Positions 61,001 to 64,000 of a stretch of 64,000 bases of DNA are shown here, piece after piece. This stretch comes from Takakia lepidozioides (taxonomy: Eukaryota > Plantae > Bryophyta): contig CM060734.1 in NCBI GenBank assembly GCA_030704615.1, positions 28,520,001 to 28,584,000 of the forward strand, given 5' to 3'. The translations under genes were made by a program, and so were the position numbers. Below the pieces are notes generated by a model that saw nothing but the letters and a program-made list of their open reading frames with translations, was not told where the DNA came from and did no database searches. The stretch's first letter is position 1, and each line of letters begins with the position of its first letter.

Positions 61001-63562
61001 TCTCAGAGAGTCGTGCAAGGGCTATAGCCTTGACACCTCCAACACTCCTCCTCAAGGCATAGCCCTTATAGCTAATGCCCACCCATTCTGACCACCGCCC
61101 CAACCTTGGCTCTGATACCATGTTGGAAAACCACTGGCGTGTGGTCAGGCTAGGGATTGAACCTAGGACCTCCCCCATTCTGGTGGGGTGCTCTACCACT
61201 GAGCTACCCGTCCCGTTCTGTTCTCAGAGTGTCGTGCAAGGGCTATAGCCTTGACACCTCCAACACTCCCCCTCAAGGCATAGCCCTTATAGCTAATGCC
61301 CACCCATTCTGACCACCGCCCCAACCTTGGCTCTGATACCATGTTGGAAAACCACTGGCGTGTGGTCGGGCTAATGAACCTAGGACCTCCCCCATTCCGG
61401 TGCATAGCCCTTATAGCTAATGCCCACCCATTCTGACCACCGCCCCAACCTTGGCTCTGATACCATGTTGGAAAACCACTGGCGTGTGGTCGGGCTAGGG
61501 ATTGAACCTAGGACCTCCCCCTTTCCGGTGGGGTGCTCTACCACTGAGCTACCCGTCCCGTTCTGTTCTCAAAGTGCCGTGCAAGGGCTATAACCTTGAC
61601 ACTCCAACATGACTGACCTTTCTGTGTGTGCAGCACCTGGACTTTCCGGGAGGTCACCCATCCCAGTACTATTCCGGCCCAAAGGTGCTTAACTTCAGAG
61701 TTCTGATGGAATCTGGTGTAGTAGCCTTGATATGACCGTACCACAGGCATACAACAGAAACATAACCAAAGAACTACTCAAGAAAGAAGAAATGATATTG
61801 TACTTTATAACATCATCAGACTTCATTATGTCCAGAAGGCCAGAGGACCAAGGGACAGAGAGTGGTAGGAGCCGGTTCAGAAAGAACCATAGAACTACTG
61901 TAGAACTATTTGGGAAACAAAGAATCATTAGAACTTTGCACGAAGTTCGAGAGAAACTGTACATGACAAGTAACGTTATATTTGCCACTGAAAGGAAAGG
62001 AGAAAAACAAACTTTATAACTGTCCACGTAGAGCTACACGGAAAGAAACAACGAAGAACCCTGGGGTTGTTAGGAGGAGGAAGAAGTTCATGACTCCAAA
62101 GGACTGGCCCATAACAAAGAGTACAAGGAAGAAATTGGTTGCATCCACAGAAGATCCAAAGAGAAATATGAGAGAAATGAAATGAAATGACACTTTATAG
62201 CATCTGCACAAAGATGCTAAAGCTGCCCAGCAATTAGACCCCAACAGGGCTAAGGCCTTAGGATTTTGAAAGTTGGTGAACAGAGGTTCAGGGACCACAG
62301 CCCCCAGTTTGGATGGAACAAAAGGGTACAGACACTAACATTGTTTCACTAGAGGGGCTTACCTTGATATAAACAATGAGTTCAGGCTTTCCAGATTTCC
62401 TCTAGAAAGCCCTTCACACAAGCATCAATCTGCTGTGTGTGAGCTGCCCAGCAATTAGACCCCAACAGGGCGAGGGCTTTAGGATTTTGAAAGTTGGTGA
62501 ACAGAGGTTCAGGGACTACGTTCTTGATGGTCCTGAAGAAGGTCGATCTCTGATGAGAATACCCCGCACATTGTATCAGAAAATGGATATCGTCTTCAGG
62601 CCACCCCCACATCAGGCATTGACACTCTCTTTTTTCTCTCTGCATCTGTTTATTGATCAAAGGTGGAACTCCCAGCCAAAGTTTAATTTTCAGTCGAGTA
62701 CCGAGGGTAGGTAGGCCCTTCAGATCATCCTTTAGGTCCTCACCCATGTCACAAACTGGGTGTTCAGGGAAGTTTTATATCTGCATACGTTTGTTCAGAC
62801 ATTCTTTGTATTTCTGCCATGGCCTTAGACACTTCAGAGCAGGGTCAGTTCTTCCTGCCTAATTTTCAGGTACTGAAAATCTCCTCTACCCTTTTCCTTC
62901 AGGACTTGGCCTGTTTAACAGGACAGTCTTGCTTCCAAGAAATAGAGTTGACCATCTTAGCGTTATGACAGCGCTACCTTGCAATACTTTAATAAGAGAT
63001 CTGCTACCTCTTCAACCAATAAGTGATCAAGAAGAGTACCTCTGTGGCGGTGCTCAAGTCCGCCAGAACAGAAAATCTGGTATTGAATTTAATGCTCGAT
63101 CCTGAAACCTTGGGAAGATCTGAAATAACTTCAGGCACCTTCATCTGCTTGCCTTGTGCAGGTTGACCACAAATATCGTCATCGCATTCATCAGGACATA
63201 TAGCCAAAATTTGGTGGTGAGTTTGCTTAATTGCATTCACAAGCTCACAGAGCTTCTTGGAAGTGATCCCCCGGCCATCCTTGTCAGCAAGCCTTTCAAT
63301 AAAAGTCTTTGCCTCTCTTGAGTTCACTTTCCCAGAGGAGATCTCGTCCCATACTTCTAAAAGTTCCCCTTGTGTAATTTCATCTTCATCTAAGTACAGG
63401 CCAGTACCCTTGTCTGGCTCTCCTGACAAGAGAGGACTGGTGGGTTCTGTGTTTGCAGGAGAAAGCTCTATTCCACTCTCTTCGTTGTCCACAGGAGCAA
63501 GGTCTCTCAGTTTCTGTTGTTCTTCCTCAAATAAGGAAGAAGATGTGGAAGTACTTGTGGAC
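58070..63562 (-). CDS. Probable N-terminal exons of the same gene (about 63040-63562, 59529-60425, 59079-59185, ~58070-58173); may continue beyond the window
   Basis: Same strand, open frames with mostly phase-compatible splice sites; two exons share a ~70-aa repeat. Confidence 0.55.
60685..61609 (-). mobile_element. Tandem-array TRIM: 5 LTRs (~145 bp, one internally deleted) and 4 internal domains (76 bp, one truncated)
   Basis: LTR TGTTGG..CCAACA at 60685, 60900, 61121, 61342, 61466; minus-strand PBS TGGTATCAGAGC (iMet) and PPT TGAGGGGGAG; 5-bp TSD TGACT (60680-60684, 61610-61614). Confidence 0.93.
60921..60992 (-). ncRNA. tRNA-like cloverleaf inside the TRIM LTR (repeated in each full LTR)
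   Basis: GGACGGG-TA-GCTCAGTGGTAGAGC-A-CCCCACCGGAATGGGGG-AGGTC-CTAGGTTCAATCCCTAG-CCTGACC-A: A box, B box, D, T and acceptor stems pair; lacks U33. Confidence 0.8.
61625..61743 (-). pseudogene. Full-length 5S rRNA-derived copy (bryophyte-type), probably the head of a SINE
   Basis: cggtcatatcaaggctactacaccagattccatcagaactctgaagttaagcacctttgggccggaatagtactgggatgggtgacctcccggaaagtcc; several substitutions; no oligo-T terminator; single intronic copy. Confidence 0.88.
62177..62960 (-). mobile_element. LINE 3' fragment(s) with C-terminal Cys motif, 3'UTR and (CATTT)n tail
   Basis: KLWLGVPPL..ECQC..EDDIHFLIQC..Y...R; 62221-62297 duplicates 62442-62518. Confidence 0.75.
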
Positions 63563-64000
63563 CTGCAATTCGCAATTAGACAACATAGAATCTGAGTTGG
63601 AGCAATGCTCACAAATATCTCTTTCAGCAACGCAGATATGTGATCTGGAGCAACTACATGTGAGCTGTGAGAGTGTGTCTCTCAACCTCTAAATGCCAGT
63701 CTCTCTCTCCCTTCCCTCCTCTCTGACATCTCCCAGCATATCAGCTTTTCTGGCTGAAATTAGTGGATTTACACTTCTTTGCACATATCTTCTACATTTC
63801 TATGGCTCTGAATCGTTGTGAAAAGGCCTGCAATGTCCAGGTGCCAGTCACCAGGCCTCCAGGCAGCAAGTTCTCAATAAACTCCAAAAGAAAGGATAGG
63901 GTCACATTCACAACAGCATTGGCTAGAAGGAATCTCTTGTCTAAGTTACAAAGTCTGCCCAACCAACAGACGCCCGAGTTAACCAAAAACAATCCCTCGG

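Noticed and set aside
60685-61609. CRISPR array or cluster of functional tRNA genes
   Set aside because: Units are near-identical with no unique spacers, have LTR/PBS/PPT/TSD structure, and the anticodon loop lacks U33 and varies between copies.
61625-61743. Functional 5S rRNA gene
   Set aside because: Single intronic copy with substitutions and no oligo-T terminator.

Overview
Eukaryotic, intron-containing nuclear DNA from a non-seed land plant; the 5S rRNA copy looks bryophyte-type and there is a PLS/DYW PPR relic. About 2-47 kb is a nest of transposable elements lying between the 5' PPR motifs (1250-2036) and an E-DYW tail (47227-47705), possibly of one dead RNA-editing-factor gene. The nest contains four main parts. 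(i) A 19.1-kb TIR DNA transposon (3170-22280, 30-bp TIRs, TTTT target duplication) with a decayed Sola-like transposase and unusual cargo: a Pol II CTD-like repeat ORF, a ParB/DGQH plus degenerate DNA amino-methyltransferase fusion, three FCP1/SCP-type phosphatase domains, and about 13 dispersed copies of a 24-bp palindrome that I saw only inside the element. (ii) A Ty3/Gypsy element (24633-35573) encoding a C5 DNA methyltransferase and a PHD finger, with split A-...-B-A-B repeats instead of ordinary LTRs and a self-complementary primer site. (iii) An Ulp1-carrying element into which that Gypsy inserted. (iv) LINE relics and MITEs. The right third holds a minus-strand U-box/ARM/WD40 (LIN/CERBERUS-like) E3 ligase gene. 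Its introns carry LINE fragments, a probable 5S-derived SINE and a tandem TRIM whose LTRs contain a tRNA cloverleaf. All family assignments come from motif recognition by eye; no searches were run.
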